Shown here in pieces: positions 55,949-64,000 of a DNA stretch of 64,000 nucleotides. The stretch's first letter is position 1. Every line of letters starts with the position of its first letter. The position numbers were made by a program, and so were the translations under genes. Source of the stretch: Patescibacteria group bacterium (GTDB lineage Bacteria > Patescibacteriota > Minisyncoccia > Phycocordibacterales > JAACPR01); assembly GCA_022711495.1 (NCBI GenBank), contig JAKLEX010000001.1, forward strand, positions 436,882-500,881, given 5' to 3'. The notes below the pieces were generated by a model. The model was not told where the DNA came from, did no database searches, and saw nothing but the letters and a program-made list of their open reading frames with translations.

Positions 55949-56341
55949 TTACAACGCTTCAATCCAGGAGACAATACTAATTGGATTAAAAGATTCGGTC
56001 TGAATTTCTATTTCACGAATTTCGCCAGAAACTGCCGCGATCACAGAAATTTGCCGGCCATCATCACCTAAATCCGACACGGTAAATTCGCAAGTTCCAC
56101 CGTTTAACGCAAATTCGTCTGTCCCCGTGTACAAGTCATCTTCTCGAATCGTCTCCAGAGCAATTTCAGCGCAAGAATTAGCCAAGGCTTGAGCGGAAAT
56201 TAGATTTTTTAAGGCGTCAGCATCGCGCAAAGACAAAAAACCGCCAGTTGAGGCCCAAATTGATAAAGCCACGGCCATACTTCCCAGAACAATCACGATA
56301 ATTAATGTGGAGAAACCTTTTTTCATAGAATTGCTTTTCAT
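55949..56341 (-). CDS. Type IV pilin-like / pseudopilin protein (prepilin-type N-terminus)
   Basis: N-terminal KKGFSTLIIVIVLGSMAVALS, resembling a prepilin leader plus a hydrophobic helix. Confidence 0.5.
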   Translation of the reverse strand: MKSNSMKKGFSTLIIVIVLGSMAVALSIWASTGGFLSLRDADALKNLISAQALANSCAEIALETIREDDLYTGTDEFALNGGTCEFTVSDLGDDGRQISVIAAVSGEIREIEIQTESFNPISIVSWIEAL

Positions 56342-56345
56342 AAAA

Positions 56346-56852
56346 TTATCTTATAGAGGCGCCGCCCCAAAAATCAACTGAATGTGAGACTTCTGTTGGA
56401 GAAGATGTCGCATTACCCACAGTAAAACTAATGGAAAGACTGCCACTGGTGCTAGACTTTGATAAATTATGGAAGATCAGGTCGCGAATATAGACATCGC
56501 CATATGTCAGAGGAGCCGCCGGGCCCGAACCGTCTGTTCGGTACAAAACACCGTTAGACAAAGAAAAAGTTACTGTTTCATCGGATGACAAAACTAGCAT
56601 GTCACCAGAAGTGGAAGTCGCCGGCGAGATTATGGCGCTTGAATTACGAATGGCTTGCGTCAAAGTTTTCAAAGATTGAACCCCTTGTCTGTTAATTTCT
56701 GATATCACTTGCGCTCGCGCTGAAAAAGAACTGATCTTGCTGGAGAAAAAGACAAGGGCTATAACAAAAACGGCGAAAAGAGCGACATAAATCAGTGTCT
56801 CAATTAAGGACAGGCCGGCGTTTTTTCTTGAGTCATGAAATTTAAGTGTCAT
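56346..56852 (-). CDS. Type IV pilin-like / pseudopilin protein
   Basis: N-terminal NAGLSLIETLIYVALFAVFVIALV, a prepilin methylation motif G-LSLIE. Confidence 0.6.
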   Translation of the reverse strand: MTLKFHDSRKNAGLSLIETLIYVALFAVFVIALVFFSSKISSFSARAQVISEINRQGVQSLKTLTQAIRNSSAIISPATSTSGDMLVLSSDETVTFSLSNGVLYRTDGSGPAAPLTYGDVYIRDLIFHNLSKSSTSGSLSISFTVGNATSSPTEVSHSVDFWGGASIR

Positions 56853-57310
56853 TTTTCTTTTTGTTTCTTAATTTTATCTTTTCTCCAATTGGTGAAAATA
56901 GAGCTTATTTCAAACTGATTGCCCGGCGAAGATGAATCCGCCCAAGTAATCAGAACGTCAACTTGTTTTTGATTTTCTTCAATATCAAGAATTTCAATTT
57001 GGCGATTAAAAGTACCTATCGGTGAAAAGCTTTCGGTGAAAGCCCATTCGCCCGTAGTTGAAGAGATGTCAAAAATACCGACGGCGAGATTATCAAAATT
57101 TTCGTCCCGGATATTTCTGACCGCTTCCAGAGTCTGATCGGCCAATAAAGCGGCCTGATTAATGTTTTCGGCGTGATTGTATTGTCGCGTTGAGTTTGAA
57201 GTAAGATTAAAGATGATATTGGCAAACAATGAAAAGATAGAAAAAGAGACAATAATCTCTATCAAAGAAAAACCCGAGTTTTTATTTCTGCGATAAAATC
57301 CGCTGTTCAT
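56849..57310 (-). CDS. Type IV pilin-like / pseudopilin protein
   Basis: N-terminal NSGFSLIEIIVSFSIFSLFA, the classic GFSLIE prepilin cleavage/methylation motif. Confidence 0.65.
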   Translation of the reverse strand: MNSGFYRRNKNSGFSLIEIIVSFSIFSLFANIIFNLTSNSTRQYNHAENINQAALLADQTLEAVRNIRDENFDNLAVGIFDISSTTGEWAFTESFSPIGTFNRQIEILDIEENQKQVDVLITWADSSSPGNQFEISSIFTNWRKDKIKKQKEK

Positions 57311-57415
57311 ATTTTCTTGAAGATATTATACACAAAAGAAGTTTTGAAAGATAAAAACACCAAGAGAAAATAAAAGGCGCCTCCCGAAGAAAGCGCCCTG
57401 AAAAATCTACCGTTC

Positions 57416-57880
57416 CTACCATTTGAAGTCCGGCCAGTCTACGGGGGTAGACTGAATCTCTTCGTCGTAGAAGACTACGCAGAGAACGAGCGTTCCGTTC
57501 CCGATTTTCCTGATTCGGAAGAAGAACGTGGAAGAATGAAAAGCTCTCTGATAGAACTCCTCGATCGCCTTTTCGTCCAGATTATCCCGGCCGTAGTAGA
57601 GCTCCTTTTCGCTAACCGCATCATAGAACTCCACACTGGCCGTGGCGTTGACGAACCCGACCGTATCCGGCGCAATAGCCCGCGCTAGAATCTTGCCAAC
57701 ATCGTCAAGCCGAAAATCAAAACTCCGGGTCTGACCGTCAACATCGGTAATCTGGACACCGAAGTCCTTTGGCTGATCACCGACAATCAGATAGTCACAC
57801 AGCGAATCGTCTTCGTCCGGGTGGTACATGTAACCAACGACGGTTCCATCCACCGCGACGATCTGAATATACGGCTTCAT
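57416..57880 (-). CDS. Hypothetical protein (first gene of the GC-elevated island)
   Basis: 154-aa ORF, roughly 50% GC. Its upstream region carries GCGCGCCGTCTG-TTTGACAT-N17-TATAGT and a TGGAACTA box. Confidence 0.4.
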   Translation of the reverse strand: MKPYIQIVAVDGTVVGYMYHPDEDDSLCDYLIVGDQPKDFGVQITDVDGQTRSFDFRLDDVGKILARAIAPDTVGFVNATASVEFYDAVSEKELYYGRDNLDEKAIEEFYQRAFHSSTFFFRIRKIGNGTLVLCVVFYDEEIQSTPVDWPDFKW

Positions 57881-57924
57881 TCCGATCTCCTTTTGTTTTC
57901 TTGTTCAAGAACTTATCGCCAAAA

Positions 57925-58040
57925 CCTAACTGTCCGAACTATAGCAAAAAATCCTCTTAATGTCAAACAGACGGCGCGTTGCTACTTGAACAAAAAACAA
58001 TTTAAAATAAATTTCAAATGGGCCTGGAACTACTATTTTA
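57925..58040 (-). promoter_or_regulatory. Promoter region of gene 57416..57880, with a variant copy of the island motif
   Basis: The minus strand reads AGCAACGCGCCGTCTGTTTGACATTAAGAGGATTTTTTGCTATAGT. The TGGAACTA element lies about 45 bp further upstream. Confidence 0.45.
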
Positions 58041-58152
58041 AAAATTTAATCGGATCAAAGGTGGAGAGTGCTATAACAAGTTTGAGGTAAAAAAGAAAAG
58101 AGCTCGTAAGTTGTTACACTAACGAGCCCTTGTGCAGATGCGACACGTGCCC

Positions 58153-58869
58153 CTAGTTCTGCATAACGCGTGCCGCTTCTTCCATCCTGACGATTTCCGC
58201 CGGAGAGAATGGGGTGTTCGTATATATCCAGCAAATTCCCAGTTTTCTCTCGATCTCCAGCTTGTGCACGGCGTCCGATTTCGATTCGTCTACCGAACCG
58301 GGCTTACCGCGCCCGCACTTAGAACAATATTCCCCCATGGCGCCCGAGCCAGCCGCCCCGCCGTGGACCATGCCATTTTTATACTCGTGCTGACACTTGC
58401 CGGCACAAACATTGCAAATGGCCCACTCGCACTCCCGCAGACCGATCATCGGAGATCGGCACTGCTGACAAAGACCAAGTGAGATGACAAAAGCATCTTT
58501 TCCCTCGATCTTCGCCGCGCCCATAAAAACCGGTTGACATCCGCCAAAATAGACGGCATCTCTGATTCCGCCAACTTCAGCCTTGTCATCATTGCTGGTC
58601 CCCTGAATCGTCACACGAATCCCGCCGACCAACTCAGTCGAGTGGACAGTGACGCAACCCTTTGTTCTCGTACGCTTCCGAGGCTTAGAGCCGAAGTGAA
58701 GGAATATCTTACAGTATTTCCCTTCGTCACCGTCGTCCTGACGACCGCCATATCTGAACGTATCGCCGGGTTTAATAGTCGACATAAGGCGAGAGAATGT
58801 CTCGCGCTCCACTTCCGTAAAAGGAACCAAAACGAAAACCCTCTTCGCGTCGTCGCGGATTATCTTCAT
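58153..58869 (-). CDS. Hypothetical protein with a Cys-rich C-terminal region (multiple CxxC, possible Zn ribbons)
   Basis: CQQCRSP...CEWAICNVCAGKCQHE...CSKCGRG, at roughly 55% GC. Confidence 0.45.
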   Translation of the reverse strand: MKIIRDDAKRVFVLVPFTEVERETFSRLMSTIKPGDTFRYGGRQDDGDEGKYCKIFLHFGSKPRKRTRTKGCVTVHSTELVGGIRVTIQGTSNDDKAEVGGIRDAVYFGGCQPVFMGAAKIEGKDAFVISLGLCQQCRSPMIGLRECEWAICNVCAGKCQHEYKNGMVHGGAAGSGAMGEYCSKCGRGKPGSVDESKSDAVHKLEIERKLGICWIYTNTPFSPAEIVRMEEAARVMQN

Positions 58870-58934
58870 AGAACTTTTCTCCTTTCTAAGAACTCTTTTT
58901 TACTTTACCCGCAAACATTGCGGATTTCTAATAA

Positions 58935-59000
58935 GGCATAATAACACAATACAAAATTATGTCAAATTGTGCGAGTTCGTGGAAATTGTTGGAACTAGTC
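58935..59000 (-). promoter_or_regulatory. Island promoter/operator repeat, copy a
   Basis: The minus strand reads TAGTTCCAACAATTTCCACGAACTCGCACAATTTGACATAATTTTGTATTGTGTTATTAT, i.e. -35 TTGACA, N16, -10 TATTAT. Confidence 0.55.
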
Positions 59001-59693
59001 TTCAATAAATTCGCCCAGCTTCCCTTCGTCAATTTTAGTCTTTTCCCAATCAACGAGTGTAATTTTTGTAATTTGAGGACCATCGGGATTTTCAAAATCA
59101 ATATCGACAATCATATCTGCTAATTTAAATTTTCTTTCAAGACCGTGCTCCAAAAACACACTTTTAAGTTCCGCGACTTTTGATTCAACTTGCTGTCTCA
59201 AATTATTAATTTCTTCGTCAGAGAGCCTCTGCTTTAAATATTCTAAATCCTTGCCGACCAGCCGATAACCTTTTACTCTCTCCATGACAATCACGTGTCC
59301 TTCCTCAGATTCAACTTTTGCGATTGGTTCCGGCGCGAGTAAATTAAGTTTCCTCACAATTTGCATTACTTTATATTCATAGAAAGGATCTCTGGATTTA
59401 GAAATTTGACCTTTCTCAATATTTACTCTTTTAGCAACAACCTGTATTTGTTCGCCAGCTCCATTTACCCAAACAGGAAAATCAACGACCGCGGTTGGAT
59501 CTTCTCTAACGCGACCAGCACCGTCGATCTCAACATTGCCTTCTTTTATCTGGACCCCCTTTTCTTCAAAGTATTTAATTGGGTCGTCAGAAAAATCTTC
59601 GGGTATAAAATCCTTATAGCGTTCAGAAGTTTCTATTTTGCTCTGTTTCTTTTCAAATTTTGGCATTCCTTCCATATTCAAGAACATTATCAC
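58995..59693 (-). CDS. Hypothetical protein with a protein-kinase-like (RIO/Kdo-kinase-like) signature
   Basis: VVAKRV (VAIK-like Lys), a downstream Glu, a hinge VIVMERVKGY, and HGLERKFKLADMIVDIDF / ITLVDWEK resembling catalytic and DFG-like loops. Recall-based and low certainty. Confidence 0.35.
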   Translation of the reverse strand: MIMFLNMEGMPKFEKKQSKIETSERYKDFIPEDFSDDPIKYFEEKGVQIKEGNVEIDGAGRVREDPTAVVDFPVWVNGAGEQIQVVAKRVNIEKGQISKSRDPFYEYKVMQIVRKLNLLAPEPIAKVESEEGHVIVMERVKGYRLVGKDLEYLKQRLSDEEINNLRQQVESKVAELKSVFLEHGLERKFKLADMIVDIDFENPDGPQITKITLVDWEKTKIDEGKLGEFIED

Positions 59694-59739
59694 ATTTGTG
59701 TGAACCAGAAAACTTCTTATTTAAGCTGTGAATCAAAGG

Positions 59740-59792
59740 GCTTGATCGGAGCACTTTCGTGGACGGTGGCGGAATTGAAATTACAAACCAAC
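59740..59792 (-). promoter_or_regulatory. Island promoter/operator repeat, copy d
   Basis: The minus strand reads TTTCAATTCCGCCACCGTCCACGAAAGTGCTCC. Confidence 0.45.
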
Positions 59793-60170
59793 AGCTTTTG
59801 AAATGAGAAAGAAGACAACGCCACCGATCCCCCAAATTGGGATGGTCAAGAGACTAGTATAACCAGAAATGCTGAATTCATCCTTGTGATATCTCCAAAG
59901 TTTGTAATTAATTGCTTTGTGATATGCGAGTCCTAATCCATACTCCAAAATAAAACCGATCAAAGAGCTAATGACATAAAACGTGAGTAACTTCGGACCA
60001 AAATATTTGGTCAGATAAATAGTCGATATTATGGGTATGATAATTAACGCAAAATACTCTCGCCAATAAAATTTCGTTGTTCTTCTGCCATATAGATAAG
60101 CAAGAAAAAAGCCCAAGAGTGATAAAAGAAAAAATCCTGAGGCTACAATAATTAAAAAATCTTGTGTCAT
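59781..60170 (-). CDS. Hypothetical 4-TM membrane protein
   Basis: 129-aa ORF with four hydrophobic helices. Confidence 0.45.
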   Translation of the reverse strand: MTQDFLIIVASGFFLLSLLGFFLAYLYGRRTTKFYWREYFALIIIPIISTIYLTKYFGPKLLTFYVISSLIGFILEYGLGLAYHKAINYKLWRYHKDEFSISGYTSLLTIPIWGIGGVVFFLISKAVGL

Positions 60171-60189
60171 ATTACTTCAATATTATCAT

Positions 60190-60235
60190 AACCGTCGTTT
60201 TCGTGGACAGTGTCGGGACCAGATTGAAAAAATGA
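60190..60235 (-). promoter_or_regulatory. Island promoter/operator repeat, copy e
   Basis: The minus strand reads TTTCAATCTGGTCCCGACACTGTCCACGAAAACGACGG. Confidence 0.45.
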
Positions 60236-60291
60236 AATAAAAAATCGTCCACACAGATTGCTCCATGTGGACGATTGTAAGGAATCTTGAA

Positions 60292-61170
60292 TCAGTCAAG
60301 CTTGGCCAGTAAGCTCTTCCAGTCCTTGACCCGGATTTCGCCAGCGTATGTGATGTCCCGATTCGACAGAACCACCCGTGCCCCACCAATGTTGAAGGGT
60401 TGGGACCCAAAGGCATCGATACAAGCCGAAGCCGGATGGTCGTGGTGACCGGCGTCAGTCAGCAGGCCGATCTTCTCCGCCCCGTTCTTCAATGCCAGAA
60501 GCATCAGAAACGGAGTAATCGGCATTTCCTGCCCGACGAAACGCTGACCCTTCGGACCTTGTGCCTTATCACTGGCCAGCACAAACAAGTCCATAAGAAC
60601 AATCTTGAAACGTCCTTGTTGAATAAGGGCTTCAGCTTGGTCGTAGGTTTGAACCGTCACAACGTTGAAGTTTTCTGACAACTGGTCACGCGCCGCTCGA
60701 CGGTGAATCGCGCTGTCATCAAACACCAGAATGTCGGGATGGCTATCCTTTCCAACACAGGTCTTGATCGCCAAGACAACTTCCTGCGATGCATAGTCTT
60801 GGATTGGTTCTGCGTATTGATGAACGGCGACCTTGTAATGAGATTCCATCAATAAAGCAAAAGCCCTGGCTCCCGGATTGCGCTGAAGAACTCGGCGGAC
60901 AATTTGAGCCATCGATTCCTGCGCGTCTTCACCAGACTCGCCCATTGGATAATTCCACGCATCAACGATGACGATCTCGGCATTTGAGCACTCTTCAATA
61001 AAGCGCTCTTCGGAATCCCCCTGAAGCGCGCCCTGACCAAAGGACACAAAATCAAGTTCAGCTCCGGACTCCCTCTGAAGTTCGTGAAAGATGACACCGC
61101 GATCTCCATAGAATGGATCCTCGGGACCCTTACCGACACAACAATACAACACGACCTTTACCTTACTCAT
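60292..61170 (-). CDS. Hypothetical protein with a central receiver (REC)-like domain
   Basis: ILVFDDSAIHRRAARDQLSENFNVVTVQTYDQAEALIQQGRFKIVLMDLFV matches the response-regulator receiver pattern (DD...D). The flanking domains are unassigned. Roughly 55% GC. Confidence 0.45.
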   Translation of the reverse strand: MSKVKVVLYCCVGKGPEDPFYGDRGVIFHELQRESGAELDFVSFGQGALQGDSEERFIEECSNAEIVIVDAWNYPMGESGEDAQESMAQIVRRVLQRNPGARAFALLMESHYKVAVHQYAEPIQDYASQEVVLAIKTCVGKDSHPDILVFDDSAIHRRAARDQLSENFNVVTVQTYDQAEALIQQGRFKIVLMDLFVLASDKAQGPKGQRFVGQEMPITPFLMLLALKNGAEKIGLLTDAGHHDHPASACIDAFGSQPFNIGGARVVLSNRDITYAGEIRVKDWKSLLAKLD

Positions 61171-61214
61171 CTGTCTATCCTTTCTTTTAAAGAGCTCACC
61201 TTCTCTAGACTACG

Positions 61215-61282
61215 CACAATATAACATAATACAAAATTATGTCAAACTGCGCGCTTCCGTGGACGAGATTGAAACTAGGATA
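61215..61282 (-). promoter_or_regulatory. Island promoter/operator repeat, copy b
   Basis: The minus strand reads TAGTTTCAATCTCGTCCACGGAAGCGCGCAGTTTGACATAATTTTGTATTATGTTATATT, i.e. -35 TTGACA, N16, -10 TATATT. Confidence 0.55.
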
Positions 61283-61307
61283 TTAAAGAGCGACAATGCC
61301 GTCGGTT

Positions 61308-62534
61308 TTATATGTTTCCCCTGACCGGTTCTTTAATTCTATTTAGTGCAAGTAAACTAATAAGTAATAAAACACCTAGAGAAAATACGCTAGACCTATA
61401 ACCATTAACAGTTTCTCCTACCACAATTAGGACGGTACTCCATACTGCTGGTCCAATAAAAGTAGCAAATCTTTCAGCTAAAACTAGGTAGCTATATGAT
61501 GTGGCTCTCAAATTTTCCGGGGACAATTGTCCAACGAGCGAACGAGAAATCGAAAAAATCGGTCCAAATAAAATTCCAGCAAATAAAAATATCGGAATGG
61601 CCGCACCGAAATTCGTCGTTGCGGCCATTGAAAACAACAAGAGACACCAAATAACAATTATTATTTTGAGGATTTTGACATTTCCAATTTTATCAGAGAC
61701 CTTGCCCAAAATTAATGCGCCAAAAGCTGATAAAATTAATATACCTGCGGTTAAAAGAGATTTGGTTGTATCTGTGGCCTTGAATACCGTCTCTAAATAC
61801 AACGGAAAATTATTTGCAAAAGTTAAGAGTGAGTCACTAAACAAAAAATATGCGATCAATATAAATGCAAGTGACTTGTGTGAGAAAACAGATTTAAATA
61901 AAGATAGCACTGTTGGTCTATCTTGGTTCTCTACGACTTCTATGACGACTTTTTCCTCGCGATATAAAAAGACCATCGGTATTGATAATAAACCAAACAA
62001 GATCGTCGCTGGTAACAAAGCCTGAGCACGTCCGGGGTCACCAAACAAAGTTATTCCACTAACAAAGGGAATGGTCAGTAAAATGCCCAAAACCTGACCT
62101 ATACTATTAGCTCCAAAGCCAATGCCAGAAACCCATGAACAATTTTCTCTTGTCGATAAGTCATTTAATATTGGTGTGTAATAAAGGAAACTAACCAAAT
62201 ATGCATAAGTCGAAAAGATAAATAGCGTAGTTGCCAATATCTCTTGACCATTTGTTAACATCATCAATAAAGCCAGAATTATGAACCCAATAAAAGAAAG
62301 CGCGGTCCAGGTTCTTAGACCAACGATCTTTTTCTTCGATGTGTCTATTACTTTCCCTATGTATGGGGCGGTCAGAAAGAATAAAATGGAAGATAAAATA
62401 AGGGCCAGATTATACCACCATGCCGGTTTGCCCTGATCTATGACCAACCATTGAGAAAAGTAAAAAAGATAGGCCATCTGCACAAACGAATTCGCAAAAT
62501 CGTACAGTGCCCAATATGCTATCTTCTTTTTCAT
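61308..62534 (-). CDS. MFS family transporter
   Basis: About 12 TM segments. Start taken at MKKKIAYWALYDF (ATG 62534), so the promoter repeat lies upstream rather than inside the CDS. Confidence 0.6.
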   Translation of the reverse strand: MKKKIAYWALYDFANSFVQMAYLFYFSQWLVIDQGKPAWWYNLALILSSILFFLTAPYIGKVIDTSKKKIVGLRTWTALSFIGFIILALLMMLTNGQEILATTLFIFSTYAYLVSFLYYTPILNDLSTRENCSWVSGIGFGANSIGQVLGILLTIPFVSGITLFGDPGRAQALLPATILFGLLSIPMVFLYREEKVVIEVVENQDRPTVLSLFKSVFSHKSLAFILIAYFLFSDSLLTFANNFPLYLETVFKATDTTKSLLTAGILILSAFGALILGKVSDKIGNVKILKIIIVIWCLLLFSMAATTNFGAAIPIFLFAGILFGPIFSISRSLVGQLSPENLRATSYSYLVLAERFATFIGPAVWSTVLIVVGETVNGYRSSVFSLGVLLLISLLALNRIKEPVRGNI

Positions 62535-62574
62535 GATGGAGATTTTATCACCCCATGCTACGTTAACAAAGTTC

Positions 62575-62622
62575 ATTATGTTCATCTGCGCGCTTTCGTG
62601 GATGGGGTTGGAACTAATTTAT
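62575..62622 (-). promoter_or_regulatory. Island promoter/operator repeat, copy c
   Basis: The minus strand reads TAGTTCCAACCCCATCCACGAAAGCGCGCAGATGAAC, followed by TGATAAAAT, an extended -10. Confidence 0.5.
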
Positions 62623-63188
62623 GGAAGAAGAAGGTTCGTCTCGGTTTGTAATTTCTCAAAATTATCTGATTCTGTAAAATGTCCTTGCTCTTTCTCTATA
62701 AATACTTGCGCTCCTAATTTATCTTTAAAGAAATCTGCTTGGTCCAATGGAACATATGGGTCATTATCCGAAAATATAGTTATTACTTTCCCTACTCGCT
62801 TTTTTACTACATCAAAATCAATAGGAGTTTCCATCCAGGGTTTAGCAATTTCCACAACCTCTTCACCTTCCTCTTCAATAGTCTGCATATCTAATTTCAT
62901 CCAAGGGGCAATGAGAATAACTTTTGAAATAATAATATTCGATTCCAGATTTTCTATAAAGCGAAGTACCCCCTGACAACCAATACTGTGGCCTATTATT
63001 AAATCAAAATCTTTATCAAAAACCGACTTTATTTTCTCAATCCAATCTGAAATTACAGGAACCGCGGGATTAGGCATTACTGGAATAGTTACTTCATGGC
63101 CAAGAGTTTCTAATTCTCTTTTTAGGTAATTATGAAGAGGCTCTTTAGGGTTGCCGTCCCAGCCGTGGATTATTAAAGCTTTTTTCAT
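62619..63188 (-). CDS. Alpha/beta-hydrolase (YdeN/RBBP9-like serine hydrolase)
   Basis: ALIIHGWDGNPKEP..., the nucleophile elbow GHSIGC, and a late D/H consistent with a catalytic triad. Confidence 0.6.
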   Translation of the reverse strand: MKKALIIHGWDGNPKEPLHNYLKRELETLGHEVTIPVMPNPAVPVISDWIEKIKSVFDKDFDLIIGHSIGCQGVLRFIENLESNIIISKVILIAPWMKLDMQTIEEEGEEVVEIAKPWMETPIDFDVVKKRVGKVITIFSDNDPYVPLDQADFFKDKLGAQVFIEKEQGHFTESDNFEKLQTETNLLLP

Positions 63189-63235
63189 ATACAAAATTCT
63201 ACCACAGTTTTAAATCCCACATCGCTGTAAAACAA

Positions 63236-63272
63236 AAGTCGCCGACTCGTTCCGAGCCGACCCCTTTGTTTT
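63236..63272 (-). terminator. Putative intrinsic terminator downstream of tRNA-Asp
   Basis: The minus strand has GTCGGCTCGGAACGAGTCGGCGAC followed by TTTTGTTTT. Confidence 0.4.
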
Positions 63273-63275
63273 ATG

Positions 63276-63349
63276 CGCGAGTGATGGGACTTGAACCCAC
63301 GACCTACCGCGTGACAGGCGGTCGCTCTAACCAGCTGAGCTACACCCGC
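63276..63349 (-). tRNA. tRNA-Asp, anticodon GTC
   Basis: The reverse complement begins GCGGGTGTAGCTCAGCTGGTTAGAGC, with anticodon loop CTGTCAC and T-arm GGTTCAAGTCC. Confidence 0.85.
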
Positions 63350-63445
63350 ATTTCGCTAAATGCGTAAGCTCTAATTTATCAAATCTGACGAAAAAGAAAA
63401 GGGCCGCCTCCTTGGACGACCCCTGGTTAAAGTGAACTGCATTGG

Positions 63446-63949
63446 TTAGGCACTGACGGCTTCCAGACTTCGGAAGAATTGGTTTTTCTTCCCTTTCTTC
63501 CCGGCCCGAATCTGGCGATCATGCTTGTCGCATACTTTTGTCGGATCGTTTGACGTCCGACAAATGCAGCATGGCTCCTTCTGCTTGGCCTTGGCGCCAG
63601 CGGTCTCGGATTTCTCCGTCTCCGGATCTCCGGGCAGAGCCATCGGCAATCGCCGTGTCCGAGCCTGAAGCGGCTTATGAAACAGCTTCCGGTTCTCTTC
63701 GCTGGACAGCTCGGCTCGGCATTCCGCACACAGACTTGGAGAGTTCCCGCCCCCGCATCGCCAACACTTCGCTTCCTCGCGCGGAGCCCATTGGCTCGGC
63801 GTGACGAGCGAAGTTTCCGGTTGCGGCGGCAAAGACTCTGTCTTCGCGGGTTCCACCGGTTGCTCGGAAATCTCGGCCAAACTTCTCGGAGCCTCGTCAA
63901 CACAAAGCCCCAAATTCATCTGCCCGGCGGCATCATGATGATGCTTCAT
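63446..63949 (-). CDS. GC-rich Cys-rich hypothetical protein (two CxxC-containing clusters; possible zinc ribbon)
   Basis: The RBS AAAGGAGAATGCGATG precedes the start. The protein contains CWRCGGG...CAEC and CCICRT...CDKHD, at roughly 60% GC. A terminator-like hairpin lies at about 63396-63425. Confidence 0.45.
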   Translation of the reverse strand: MKHHHDAAGQMNLGLCVDEAPRSLAEISEQPVEPAKTESLPPQPETSLVTPSQWAPREEAKCWRCGGGNSPSLCAECRAELSSEENRKLFHKPLQARTRRLPMALPGDPETEKSETAGAKAKQKEPCCICRTSNDPTKVCDKHDRQIRAGKKGKKNQFFRSLEAVSA

Positions 63950-64000
63950 CGCATTCTCCTTTTTGAAATTCGCTTATTAGCTACACTGAAATAACTCCTG

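Noticed and set aside
1-64000. Searched for CRISPR arrays, reverse-transcriptase genes (retron or DGR) and IS transposases
   Set aside because: No regularly spaced direct repeats were found. No ORF carries the RT YxDD motif or transposase DDE signatures. The only tandem repeat is the in-frame 264-bp protein-domain duplication.

Overview
This ~64 kb window looks like a chromosomal segment from a low-GC (~38-40%) bacterium, possibly of the Candidate Phyla Radiation / Patescibacteria type. A release factor 2 with the SPF motif is present, so the standard code with UGA as stop is used. Genes are short and dense, with few Shine-Dalgarno sequences, and lie mostly on the minus strand.

Housekeeping content recognisable from the sequence:
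- Protein genes: lepA, murJ, a 769-aa ribonucleotide reductase with an ATP cone and no adjacent nrdB (likely class II), htpX, secG, RNase J, typA, rarA, ftsE/ftsX, prfB, alr and murI.
- RNA genes: an RNase P RNA missing from the ORF track, and seven tRNAs (Phe, Arg, Ser, Gln, two Thr, Asp).
- A ~12 kb glycan biosynthesis/glycosylation locus at 29.7-41.8 kb: two GT39/ArnT-like membrane transferases, a GT2 polyprenol-phosphate sugar synthase, a Wzx-like flippase, a pyruvyl transferase, two GT4 enzymes, a methyltransferase and an epimerase.
- A type IV pilin-like gene triplet.

The most unusual signals:
1. A GC-elevated ~5 kb island (57.4-62.6 kb) of six consecutive minus-strand genes. Each has its own near-identical ~60 bp promoter module: a conserved upstream element TCCACGAAAGCGCGCAG plus a TTGGAACTAG box, then TTGACAT-N16-TATTAT. 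The island encodes a protein-kinase-like protein, a receiver-domain protein and a Cys-rich protein.
2. A ~750 bp GC-rich stretch (42.6-43.3 kb) with no credible ORF, cut by two strong minus-strand terminators and carrying repeated TTTATAAGG motifs. It is a candidate structured ncRNA or a degraded foreign element, and sits beside a T4-endoV-like pyrimidine dimer glycosylase gene.
3. The RNase P RNA sits next to a GC-rich 170-aa orphan gene driven by a perfect sigma70 promoter and a strong RBS.
4. Several further GC-rich patches that read as compositional islands.
5. A near-identical 264-bp in-frame tandem duplication inside a secreted gene with two peptidoglycan-binding domains.

All functional calls rest on motif-level recognition from the translated ORFs. 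No database search was possible.
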